From: Lingula anatina
Taxonomy: Eukaryota > Animalia > Brachiopoda
Length of the DNA: 64,000 nucleotides
Direction of reading: 5' to 3'
Assembly: GCA_051362555.1 (NCBI GenBank)
Contig: CM120641.1
Span: 31,068,401-31,132,400, forward strand
The notes under the pieces are model-generated. The model ran no database searches. It had not been told where the DNA came from and saw nothing but the letters and a program-made list of their open reading frames with translations. The position numbers and the translations under genes are program-made. The number at the start of each line of letters is the position of its first letter. Positions within the stretch are counted from its first letter, which is position 1. Below are positions 13,414-25,950 of the stretch, piece after piece.

Positions 13414-14893
13414 CTGGAATATTATCATTTAGTAAAAGTGTCACAAAGATCCCACTTAGTTTAATATATATTCAAAGTGAAAAGGGTTAATGTGAACTCA
13501 TAGATGGAATGAGGGGGGTGCTGGTGAAAAATCTCTGTCAGTCTTTTGAAGTCTTTATATAAACAAATTTTAATTGTTATATTCTAATGCTAGTGTACTA
13601 ACTGTCTGTTGTGACACAGTATGTGTATGTATATATTCTGATAACTGTGTATGTCTGTTTTATCGCTATATGCGTTTATCATAATAAAATAATATATTTT
13701 GATCACTGTGTGTTATCTGTGTTGTAACCAATGTATGTGTCTCCATATATTGTTTATTTATGATATGTTTTCTTATTTTAACACAGATGAAGGTGTGTTG
13801 TCTGGATTATCATCTCACTGAGGACAGCTGACAACATATGGCAGTTTCAGCACAGGTCAGGGCAACAATGATATTACTATACTGGTGATTATCTTCAGTC
13901 CCCCTTTACAACACCATCACTATATATATATAGTATCTGGAATATTATCATTTTGTAAAAGTGTCACTTAGATCCCACTTAGTTTAATATATGTTCAAAG
14001 TGAAAAGGGTTAATGTGAACTCATAGATGGAATGAGGGGGGTGCTGGTGAAAAATCTCTGTCAATCTTTTTAAGTCTTTATATAAACAAATTTTCATTGT
14101 TACATTCTAATGCCAGTGCACTAACTGTCTGTTGTGACACAGTATGTGTATGTATATATATTGATAACTGTGTATGTCTGTTTTGTTGCTGCAGTGTCTG
14201 TGTTTATCATAAAATAATAATATATTTTGATCACTGTGTTATATCTGTGTTGTTACTACTGTATGTGTCTGCATATATTCATTATTAATGATATGTTTTC
14301 TGATTTCAGCCTAGACAAAGTTATGTTTCTGGATTATCATCTCACTGAGGACAGCTAAACTCATCTGATCACTACCAAGAACTAAAATGTGGCAGCTTAA
14401 GTACAGGTCTGTGTAATAATGATATTACTATACTGGTGATTCTCTTCAGTCCCCCTTTTGAACACCACTTACTTTAATATATGTTCAGAGTGAAAAGGGT
14501 TAATGTGAACTTTGGGGGGGGGGGGCTGAGCAAAAATCTGTCAGTTTTTCAGATTGACAAAATTTCATGTATACCTTTTGATGCCTGTGCACTGTATGTG
14601 TGTGTGTCTGATATTTTGATCACTGTGTATGTCTGTTTTATCGCTATATGCGTTTATCATAATATAATAATATATTTTGATCACTGTGTGATATCTGTGT
14701 TGTAACCAATGTATGTGTCTCCATATATTGGTTATTTATGATATGTTTTCTGATTTTAGCACAGATGAAGGTGTGTTGTCTGGATTATCATCTCACTGAG
14801 GACAGCTGACAACATATGGCAGTTTCAGCACAGGTCAGTGCAACAATGATATTACTATACTGGTGATTATCTTCAGTCCCCCTTTACAACACC

Positions 14894-14972
<79 letters not shown>

Positions 14973-15931
14973 CTGGAATATTATCATTTAGTAAAAGTGT
15001 CACTTAGATCCCACTTATAGTTTTATATATGTTCAAAGTGAAAAGGGTTAATGTGAACTCATAGATGGAATGAGGGGGGTGCTGGTGAAAAATCTCTGTC
15101 AATCTTTTTAAGTCTTTATATAAACAAATTTTCATTGTTACATTCTAATGCCAGTGCACTAGCTGTCTTTTGTGACACAGTATGTGTATGTATATATTCT
15201 GATAACTGTGTATGTCTGTTTTGTTGCTGCGGTGTCTGTGTTTATCATTAAATAATAATATATTTTGATCACTGTGTTATATCTGTGTTGTTACTACTGT
15301 ATGTGTCTGCATATATTCATTATTAATGATATGTTTTCTGATTTCAGCCTAGACAAAGTTATGTTTCTGGATTATCATCTCACTGAGGACAGCTAAACTC
15401 ATCTGATCACTACCAAGAACTAAAATGTGGCAGCTTAAGTACAGGTCAGTGTAATAATGATATTACTATACTGATGATTCTCTTCAGTCCCCCTTTTGAA
15501 CACCACTTACTTTAATATATGTTCAGAGTGAAAAGGGTTAATGTGAACTTTGGGGGGGGGGGGCTGAGCAAAAATCTGTCAGTTTTTCAGATTGACAAAA
15601 TTTCATGTATACCTTTTGATGCCTGTGCACTGTATGTGTGTGTGTCTGATATTTTGATCACTGTGTATGTCTGTTTTATCGCTATATGCGTTTATCATAA
15701 TATAATAATATATTTTGATCACTGTGTGATATCTGTGTTGTAACCAATGTATGTATCTCCATATATTGGTTATTTATGATATGTTTTCTGATTTTAGCAC
15801 AGATGAAGGTGTGTTGTCTGGATTATCATCTCACTGAGGACAGCTGACAATATATGGCAGTTTCAGCACAGGTCAGTGCAACAATGATATTACTATACTG
15901 GTGATTATCTTCAGTCCCCCTTTACAACACC

Positions 15932-16004
<73 letters not shown>

Positions 16005-17699
16005 CTGGAATATTATCATTTAGTAAAAGTGTCACAAAGATCCCACTTAGTTTAATATATATTCAAAGTGAAAAGGGTTAATGTGAACTCATAGATGGAA
16101 TGAGGGGGGTGCTGGTGAAAAATCTCTGTCAGTCTTTTGAAGTCTTTATATAAACAAATTTTCATTGTTATATTCTAATGCTAGTGTACTAACTGTCTGT
16201 TGTGACACAGTATGTGTATGTATATATTCTGATAACTGTGTATGTCTGTTTTATCGCTATATGCGTTTATCATAATAAAATAATATATTTTGATCACTGT
16301 GTGTTATCTGTGTTGTAACCAATGTATGTGTCTCCATATATTGTTTATTTATGATATGTTTTCTTATTTTAACACAGATGAAGGTGTGTTGTCTGGATTA
16401 TCATCTCACTGAGGACAGCTGACAACATATGGCAGTTTCAGCACAGGTCAGTGCAACAATGATATTACTATACTGGTGATTATCTTCAGTCCCCCTTTAC
16501 AACACCATCACTATATATATATATATAGTATCTGGAATATTATCATTTTGTAAAAGTGTCACTTAGATCCCACTTAGTTTAATATATGTTCAAAGTGAAA
16601 AGGGTTAATGTGAACTCATAGATGGAATGAGGGGGGTGCTGGTGAAAAATCTCTGTCAATCTTTTTAAGTCTTTATATAAACAAATTTTCATTGTTACAT
16701 TCTAATGCCAGTGCACTAGCTGTCTTTTGTGACACAGTATGTGTATGAATATATACATACACATACACAGTATGTGTATGTATATATTCTGATAACTGTG
16801 TATGTCTGTTTTGTTGCTGCGGTGTCTGTGTTTATCATTAAATAATAATATATTTTGATCACTGTGTTATATCTGTGTTGTTACTACTGTATTTGTCTGC
16901 ATATATTCATTATTAATGATATGTTTTCTGATTTCAGCCCAGACAAAGTAATGTTTCTGGATTATCATCTCACTGAGGTCAGCTAAACTCATCTGATCAC
17001 TACCAAGAACTAAAATGTGGCAGCTTAAGTACAGGTCTGTGTAATAATGATATTACTATACTGGTGATTCTCTTCAGTCCCCCTTTTGAACACCACTTAT
17101 TTTAATATATGTTCAGAGTGAAAAAGGTTAATGTGAACTTTGGGGGGGGGGGGGGGGGGGGGGGGGCTGAGCAAAAATCTGTCAGTTTTTCAGATTGACA
17201 AAATTTCATGTATACCTTTTGATGCCTGTGCACTGTATGTGTGTGTCTGATATTTTGATCACTGTGTATGTCTATTTTATCGCTATATGCGTTTATCATA
17301 ATATAATAATATATTTTGATCACTGTGTGATATCTGTGTTGTAACCAATGTATGTGTCTCCATATATTGGTTATTTATGATATGTTTTCTGATTTTAGCA
17401 CAGATGAAGGTGTGTTTTCTGGATTATCATCTCACTGAGGACAGCTGACAACATATGTCAGTTTCAGCACAGGTCAGTGCAACAATGATATTACTATACT
17501 GGTGATTATCTTCAGTCCCCCTTTACAACACCATCACTATATATATATATATATAGTATCTGGAATATTATCATTTAGTAAAAGTGTCACTTAGATCCCA
17601 CTTATAGTTTATATGTTCAAAGTGAAAAGGGTTAATGTGAACTCATAGATGGAATGGGGGGGGGGGGTGCTGGTGAAAAATCTCTGTCAGTCTTTTTAA
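6849..17699. repeat. Satellite array, ~21 monomers of ~450-550 bp, three variants with higher-order repeats
   Basis: Near-identical recurring units in the order A-B-C-B-C-A-B-C-A-B-C-B-C-B-C-B-C-B-B-C-B. The ABC period is 1523 bp (identical ORF-track peptides start at 10420 and 11943) and the BC period is 1038 bp (14481 and 15519). Confidence 0.97.
8625..8712. repeat. (TA)n microsatellite inside satellite monomer
   Basis: About 44 TA units. The equivalent tract varies from ~5 to ~44 units between monomers (also ~12746, ~13374, ~14898, ~15936, ~63857). Confidence 0.95.
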
Positions 17700-18977
17700 G
17701 GGGTCAAGGATATTAAAAGTACGTCTTAAACTCGATTTTTAGTTTTTTATACGTTAGAAATAATCAATATTGTATCTAATACTCAATTAAGTTATATTTT
17801 TGCAACACGGACTAAAAATATACATTTGGACGAGTTTTTCTACCTGTCCGTGGCAGCCTTTAGGCTCGGCCTCCGTTGTCAAGCACCGTTACTATGGGGG
17901 GGCGGGGCAAGAATGGTTGTCTAACTTGTCTTCAGCTGTTACGCGTGCACTGGCAGTTCATAAGTCTTACGTCAACTAAACTGAGATTATATTGTTTCCA
18001 TTTTTTACATTGTTAACAATATATTAAATTTTTTCCCTTAGCGTCTCAATCACGTCACGTCAAGATCACACTTGAGCTGCTGAGAATTCGTACAACGTCT
18101 GGAATTTTCAGAAAAAAATCGTTAGGCAATCATTTTATTCACAATAAAGATCGTAACAGCAAGCAAGTTTATAAATAATATTGCCACCCAAAACATTTTC
18201 AAACTCGCCTATTACGGTCTCGGCACTCTGTGGCATCGTGGCTGATACGTACCCACATTCGGCCGTTTCTCGGAGTAATTCTTTCTTTGCTTTCTCCATT
18301 TTCACGTCTTGGTGTGTAGAGCGGCGTCCACGCACGACGGGTGGCATAAAATTGTCGACACTGTTGTAAAATTAAGAAAAGAAAGCAATGTTGGCACTAA
18401 AGGTGCAATTTTTGCATTATTTTCAGACTCAAAAGTTTCAGTAACAAAATTGAAGGTGTTCAAATCCATTAATAGGAATACGTATTGCCTCCATCGCGCT
18501 TTTCTCATTTACAACAGCATACTACAATAGCATACTATAATAATATTTTGATTCGGAATATATTTACGATTTTATTGCTATATATCCAAGGCAACAGCAA
18601 AGTTACATATTTTAACGTTCTTATTTCTAAATCAAAATGGAATAATGTAGCTTATGAGTTTCTCCGTCACTGAAATGTTCCTTTTGTATTTTTTTATGTC
18701 ATCATTCCATTATGACTGCATCTGAGAACTCCTCATTTGCCCTATTATACCATCCAGGTATTGTTTGAAAAGTGACGCAAGGGAGCGTAACTCGGGCGTA
18801 GTTAAGACGATCAGTTTTTGTCTTGGTGCAACGGGCGTAAGTAGGGAGAGTAAACCTGGCGCACGGACGCCAGGCGTTGCGGTTTACGACAGTCGTAGCC
18901 GAGTAAATTTACGCCCTGTTGGTGCAACCGGGCCCAGGGCCCAGTTGCACCAACCGGTCGTAAGTGAGGCGTAGCAG
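17700..18977. mobile_element. Composite truncated insertion: Kolobok-like left end plus Harbinger-type MITE ends
   Basis: Starts TTAA|GGGGTCAAGG at a satellite TTAA, with no matching right end. It ends with ...TTGGTGCAACCGGGCC-CAG-GGCCCAGTTGCACCAA..., and the satellite resumes with sequence missing. Confidence 0.5.
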
Positions 18978-20161
18978 TTGTTACATTCTAATGCCAGTGT
19001 ACTAACTGTCTGTTGTGACACAGTATGTGTAGACCTCGACCCCGGATTATGGAACGATATTTGACGTTTTTCAGCTTTGCACAGTCTGTGTATAAAAATG
19101 AACGTAAACTAACCTCTAATACTTTGCATGTAGCTACGATAGAGCTTTATTTACTATCGTGTAAAGCTTAATCCATATGATTGGGGTTATTATTGGAGAA
19201 AAACGCTAAAATAATGGTTAACTTCGTGTTGTTCTCAAACCCCGGATTATGGAACAAAACCGGAAGTGCGCAGATAACGTCGCGTCAGTGTGTGTTAGAT
19301 AAGATGCAAGGCAATATGTAGTGCAAGGGGTCTATAAAAGACAATAAAACGATGAATGCGCTTTATATTGCGAATATCAATGAAAATAACAGCTGTTATT
19401 ATTCATATTAAGTTGGTCTTTTATTTTTAAACACAAATATTGCTGAATAATGGAATAGCCCACTCATTCACTACTGCCTTGAATCGGATTATGGAACAAA
19501 ACGAGAAGTTGCCGCTACGTCGGAGTATCAAAGCGATGTTTAGTAGACAGATAATTTAAAATGCCAAATTGAAAATACTGTATCCATAATTATTAATTAA
19601 AAGAAAAATATTGATATTTCTCATTTTAAAACTCATCTATCATTCGTTTGGTCTGCCTTAAGTAAACAACGCCAGTAATCATTCAAAATAAAAGCTTTAA
19701 TTCATGGTGACAAAAGTGGCAATTAACATTAACAGCTCACATATCATTAACAAAGAATTTAGCGAAAGTGTGACAAATGCAATAAACAAAAAATTTGCGG
19801 AGAACTCGCGTAACAATGCTGTAACTTTACAAAGAGATGAATGTATTCATCTTCCTGAAGAGTGCTGTGACTTTTATGAAATGAATCTAACCTTTAACTC
19901 CATAAAATGAAATCACTGCAATCATTCTAATATTACACTGTCTTGCCCTTCAAGAAAACAAATGAAGGGGCACAAAAGTTATGTACATTACTATACTATA
20001 TCTCAAATCAAACATGCACTGCAACTCTGTTCACCATTTTTACGTTGCGTTGTGTGTAACGCACAAGAACATATCACTTGTATGTTTGTTTTGCGGTACT
20101 GATAAAAATAAACAATATAAATCTTTTTTTAATTAATTATAAAAAAAATAATAAAAAAGGC

Positions 20162-22740
20162 CTACTCTGAACACTGCCAGCAGTTATAACAGAGGAAAAC
20201 ATCCAAAAATGTCGGGGTTTTGGCGCAAGTAAGATGTTCTTGTGCGTTACAAACAACGCAACGTAAAAACTCATACACTTCCTCCCCCAACTCCGTGGTG
20301 CTGCATGTTGGTGGCTCTATCCCGTTGCAAATCCTGCATATCGGTGCCGGTCTAAAGGGTGTTCGTGGCGCCTCGTTTCCTTCCAGAGGTTCTACAACGA
20401 CGAAATTTCCCTCTGCTACATTTCCCTCTGATTTCTTTCTTCTCCCTCCTTCCTTCTTTTCTTTTCTGCGCTTCACCTCCAAGGCCCTCTTTGCCTTTCG
20501 CTCTTGGACCTCGGCCTTCTTCCTCTTCCTCTCTTCGCCCGCTCTTCTTTTCTTCTCCTCTCTCTCCATCCTACGCTTAGCGTCATCTTCGGCTTTTCTC
20601 ATTTTTTCTACAGCTCTTCTTTTCTTCTTTTCTTCCAAATCTTTCGCCTTTTGTTCTCTCCTTGCCTGCAACTCCTCTCGCTTTTTTTCTTTCTCTTCTC
20701 GTCTCTTGCTTTCTTCTTCTTCTTTCCGTTTTCTTGTGTCATGGGCCTCATCTGCGGTTAACACTTGAGCTTTTGTGTAATCAGTCCCTCTACGTTTCCG
20801 ACCAGGGGCGCTTTCGGCGGGAAAGATCAACAACTTCGCAATGGTAGGGGAAATGGCCCCCATTTTAACCATTGGGTGCTCTGATATATTGCACACTTGG
20901 CCACATGTATTGCACGAGTATGGTAATTCCGTCTGTGTGGTATTGTCTGTCTTGTCTGTTGGGCGTCCCAAGTCGTCGTAAACTGTCTGCGTTGCCATGT
21001 CCCTCTTGTCATTGTCGTCTGTCTCGCATTCCATAAGCAGAGTACATACTGTCTCGGTCTTAATCGTCATATCTTTGTTTTCTATAAATTTTGATTCGTC
21101 AATTGCACTTTTGTCCAGTGGATATATACCTGTGGTTTTGAAGGCATTTTGCAATTTTAAAGGAGTAAATGCTTTGGCACGTGCCGATTTAAGTATTGCT
21201 GGGAATGTACCCTTACTAATCACCAAATTCTTTCTAAGTAGGCTTGCCGATTTGGCAATCTTTCGGAATTCTAACTTCACATCTTTAAACACCTGGTCCA
21301 TAGGCTGCAAGTAGTGGCTCGTATGGCTGGGTATATTAAGCAGAATTACACCATTGTCTCTGGCACAGTCGATTAGTTCTTTTGATGCATGCGCCGCTAA
21401 ATTGTCCTGAATTAAAATAATCGGGCCATTTCTTTCTGTATGTTTCAAGAAAATCTTTTGAAACCAATCTAGATATTTATCAGACTCAACGTATCCAGAG
21501 GGAGAGGAACCGTACACGGAGTTCAGAGGACCTTGGAACAAAGTGTCGTCGGCAGGTAAGCAGCCTTCAAAAATGATCATGGGCGGCAGCAGATCCCCCA
21601 TTGCATTGGCACATTCCAAAACTGTAATATGGCCGGAGGAAGTGATCGACCTCTCGTAAGGAAAGGTCTTTCCTTTCGCAGCTACAATTTTTGTGCTTGC
21701 CTGAGACTGAAAATATGTTTCATCACAGTTATAGATGCAACCCGGTTTTCCTTCAAGATTATGCTTTACAAGCGTATCTTTGAGCAAAATGAAAAAACCA
21801 TCCGCAATTGTTTTCTGTGACATTACCGCTCGCCCTCTGAAAAAAAGGGAACTTATCCATGTTAATGTGAAAAAAAATGGTTCATATTTATTAAATAATG
21901 TTTTCTTATTTTCCGATATCCGTTCTTATCTTTAGATGAAGACAATTTTTATTTTCTTATAATTTTCATTTATTTAGCATGGTTTTATTTTATCTCACAA
22001 TATTGCACCTATTAATCTGCCCTGGTTTTCTTAGGGACAACTTTGGATGCCGATTCATGAATCGATTCCACCAGCCGTTCGACGCTGAAAAGTGCACATT
22101 CCTATTCTGACCAACAGCCATGGCAAATTTGCACACCAAGTCTTTGGTTAGTGGAAACCCCCAGTCACTCATTATAAGGCAGTAGTCGACCAGCGCGGCC
22201 TCATCAGAGTGACTGAGGGCCAACTTTTCCATGACCACCTCTCTTGAGAGCACCTGTGGTATATTTAAGAAAAAGAGAAGAAGAAGAAGATACAAGATAG
22301 AGACAGATGAAATAAGAAGATTTAAAGAAAAAACTTCTAGTAGAAGGCGTAAACCTAATAAATGATTGACAAGTTTAACACTGGGTCAGCTTCCGAGAGC
22401 CGAACGCGCACAAAAGTTAATTAATCCCCTTACACCTTTTAGTAGGCGGGACAGACATTTAAGCTGGTCAGGCTGACAGCAATCTAGTGAGACTCCCCAT
22501 GGGGATAGATCAATCTAAATATATGTGGGAATGCAGTCTAGGGTAGCTATTTTGAATTTTTTATTTTCATCAGAACAAAGATCAAACATGTGTCATTTGT
22601 ATACATGAAATATGATTATAAAGGGTCGTCTTCGGCACGTCAAACATACGTGACGCCTCTGATAATGAATAAGAGTCCTCTCTCACGGCACTGGTAGCAG
22701 CATGTAAACACTCGGGATCATATAACTTTCTCTTCGGCAT
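20162..22740 (-). CDS. pogo-type transposase, 3 exons: psq-HTH, CENP-B-HTH, DDE_1 + charged coil + PHD finger; probable 1-nt frameshift in exon 2
   Basis: Exon 1 22740-22605 (MPKRKLYD...SEASRMFDVPKTTLYNH). Exon 2 22253-22009 (DEAALVDY...WGFPLT...GWWNRFMNRHPKLSLRKP). Exon 3 21836-20162 (NCDET, QDN...H, QPMD, C4HC3). GT-AG boundaries give INR|GRAVMS. Confidence 0.85.
22380..22540. mobile_element. Partial copy of the ~200-bp MITE family, in intron 1 of the pogo transposase
   Basis: Reverse-complement similarity to 3701-3850 (gtaggcgggacagacatttaag, atctagtgagactcccc, gatcaatctaaa). Confidence 0.65.
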
Positions 22741-23467
22741 GCTGAAATTCATTGTGCATGAACAAGGTCAGTAACGATATTTTCACTCATAATGTCCAAT
22801 ATAAAAAGTCAATATAAATTCTTATTTTGTGGCAACAAATTTATTTAAAGTCACAAGCGGCGTGAGCCTAATAGCGCTTGGAGCATTCTCTAGCGGCAGT
22901 TTACAGTGCACAGAAAGGGCACACTGCGATGGCAAACATCGCAGCCATTTTTATGAGATCATGGAATACTTCAACTTGTTAGGCCTACTCTTGTAAGTGG
23001 ATGTTTTGAAAATTATTTCAATAAGCCGAGAACAAGAAACACAAACAATAAGAGATGAGACAAGTTAGGCTACAACACTTATAGCAGTAAAAGACGGCCG
23101 TGTTTACGTCCACAGCGATCGATGTATCTACCCGTAACCAGTATGAAAAAGTTAGAAATCGAGATCGGAAACTGACAGTAACAAGTGCAGACGAGAACGG
23201 ACGGTAAACGACTTTAAAACTTGTTTGAATAAACGTAAGTTCAGTATTAATTTTATCAAATTTAAGAGCAACGAACTTTCAAACGCTAACACTTCAATTG
23301 TATCAGGTCGTAACGTGCGTCTGCATAGCGCGTTTGATACATTGTAGCAGAAGCTTGAAACTTACGTGGAACGGGGATTTTTTTATGCTCTGCATGCTGG
23401 GTAAAAAGGGCAAACTTCCAGTTTTGTTCCATAATCCGGGGTCGTTCCATAATGCGGGGTCGAGGTA

Positions 23468-25950
23468 TATGTATATATTCTGATAACTGTGTATGTCTGT
23501 TTTATCGCTATATGCGTTTATCATAATATAATAATATATTTTGATCACTGTGTGATATCTGTGTTGTAACCAATGTATGTGTCTCCATATACTGTTTATT
23601 TATGATATGTTTTCTGATTTTAGCACAGATGAAGGTGTGTTTTCTGGATTATCATCTCACTGAAGACAGCTGACAACATATGGCAGTTTCAGCACAGGTC
23701 AGTGCAACAATGATATTACTATACTGGTGATTATCTTCAGTCCCCCTGTAGAACACCATCACTATATATATATATATTATCTGGAATATTATCATTTTGT
23801 AAAAGTGTCACTTAGATCCCACTTAGTTTAATATATGTTCAAAGTGAAAAGGGTTAATGTGAACTCATAGATGGAATGAGGGGGGTGCTGGTGAAAAATC
23901 TCTGTCAATCTTTTTAAGTCTTTATATAAACAAATTTTCATTGTTACATTCTAATGCCAGTGCACTAACTGTTTTGTGTGACACAGTATGTGTATGTATA
24001 TATTCTGATAACTGTGTATGTCTGTTTTGTTGCTGCGGTGTCTGTGTTTATCATAAAATAATAATATATTTTGATCACTGTGTTATATCTGTGTTGTTAC
24101 TACTGTATGTGTCTGCATATATTCATTATTAATGATATGTTTTCTGATTTCAGCCCAGACAAAGTTATGTTTCTGGATTATCATCTCACTGAGGACAGCT
24201 AAACTCATCTGATCACTACCAAGAACTAAAATGTGGCAGCTTAAGTACAGGTCTGTGTAATAATGATATTACTATACTGGTGATTCTCTTCAGTCCCCCT
24301 TTTGAACACCACTTACTTTAATATATGTTCAGAGTGAAAAGGGTTAATGTGAACTTTGGGGGGGGGGGGGGCTGAGCAAAAATCTGTCAGTTTTTCAGAT
24401 TGACAAAATTTCATGTATACCTTTTGATGCCTGTGCACTGTATGTGTGTGTCTGATATTTTGATCACTGTGTATGTCTGTTTTATCGCTATATGCGTTTA
24501 TCATGATATAATAATATATTTTGATCACTGTGTGATATCTGGGTTGTAACCAATGTATGTGTCTCCATATATTGTCTATTTATGATATGTTTTCTGATTT
24601 TAGCACAGATGAAGGTGTGTTTTCTGGATTATCATCTCACTGAGGACAGCTGAACTCGTGATCACTATCAAGAACTACAACATATGCAGTTTCAGCACAG
24701 GTCAGTGCAACAATCATATTACTGTACTGGTGATTCTCTTCAGTCCCCCTTTTGAACACCACCACTATATATATAGTATCTGGAATATTATCATCTAGTA
24801 AAAATGTCACTTAGATCCCACTTATGGTTTTATATATGTTCAAAGTGAAAAGGGTTAATGTGAACTCATAGATGGAATGGAGGGGGGGGGGGTGCTGGTG
24901 AAAAATCTCTGTCAGTCTTTTTAAGTCTTTATATAAACAAATTTTCATTGTTATATTCTAATGCCAGTGCACTAGCTGTCTTTTGTGACACAGTATGTGT
25001 ATGTATATATTCTGAAAACTGTGTATGTCTGTTTTGTTGCTGCGGTGTCTGTGTTTATCATTAAATAATAATATATTTTGATCACTGTGTTATATCTGTG
25101 TTGTTACTACTGTATTTGTCTGCATATATTCATTATTAATGATATGTTTTCTGATTTCAGCCCAGACAAAGTTATGTTTCTGGATTATCATCTCACTGAG
25201 GACAGCTAAACTCATCTGATCACTACCAAGAACTAAAATGTGGAAGCTTAAGTACAGGTCTGTGTAATAATGATATTACTATACTGATGATTCTCTTCAG
25301 TCCCCCTTTTGAACACCACTTACTTTAATATATGTTCAGAGTGAAAAGGGTTAATGTGAACTTGGGGGGGGGGGGGGCTGAGCAAAAATCTGTCAGTTTT
25401 TCAGATTGACAAAATTTCATGTATACCTTTTGATGCCTGTGCACTGTATGTGTGTGTCTGATATTTTGATCACTGTGTATGTTTGTTTTATCGCTATATG
25501 CGTTTATCATGATATAATAATATATTTTGATCACTGTGTGATATCTGGGTTGTAACCAATGTATGTGTCTCCATATATTGTCTATTTATGATATGTTTTC
25601 TGATTTTAGCACAGATGAAGGTGTGTTTTCTGGATTATCATCTCACTGAGGACAGCTGAACTCATGTGATCACTATCAAGAACTACAACATATGGCAGTT
25701 TCAGCACAGGTCAGTGCAACACCACCACTATATATATAGTATCTGGAATATTATCATTTTGTAAAAGTGTCACTTAGATCCCACTTAGTTTAATATATGT
25801 TCAAAGTGAAAAGGGTTAATGTGAACTCATAGATGGAATGAGGGGGGTGCTGGTGAAAAATCTCTGTCAGTCTTTTTAAGTCTTTATATAAACAAATTTT
25901 TATTGTTACATTCTAATGCCAGTGCACTAGCTGTCTTTTGTGACACAGTA
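23468..25950. repeat. Satellite array continuation (~5 monomers)
   Basis: Same A/B/C monomers, resuming in register after the TA TSD. Confidence 0.95.

Larger units (their letters stand above)
19032..23467 (-). mobile_element. pogo/Tigger-family (Tc1/mariner superfamily) DNA transposon, full length
   Basis: TIR (g/t)ACCTCGACCCCG(G/C)ATTATGGAAC, TA TSD in the satellite, and a repeated subterminal CGGATTATGGAAC motif (~19040, 19243, 19485, 23425). Encodes a DDE_1-type transposase. Confidence 0.93.

Noticed and set aside
7821-15743. Repeated 60-74 aa Cys/Val-rich ORFs (MLHSNASAL..., MFRVKRV..., MIKIYYY...) as a peptide gene family
   Set aside because: These are by-products of TG/TA-rich satellite. 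Many use non-ATG starts, and their frames change with homopolymer length.
18135-18530. Short overlapping ORFs in the 17.7-19.0 kb insertion
   Set aside because: No recognisable domain; not enough support to assign a product.
20220-21314. Plus-strand ORFs of 182, 105 and 85 aa
   Set aside because: Antisense shadows of the low-complexity pogo transposase exon.
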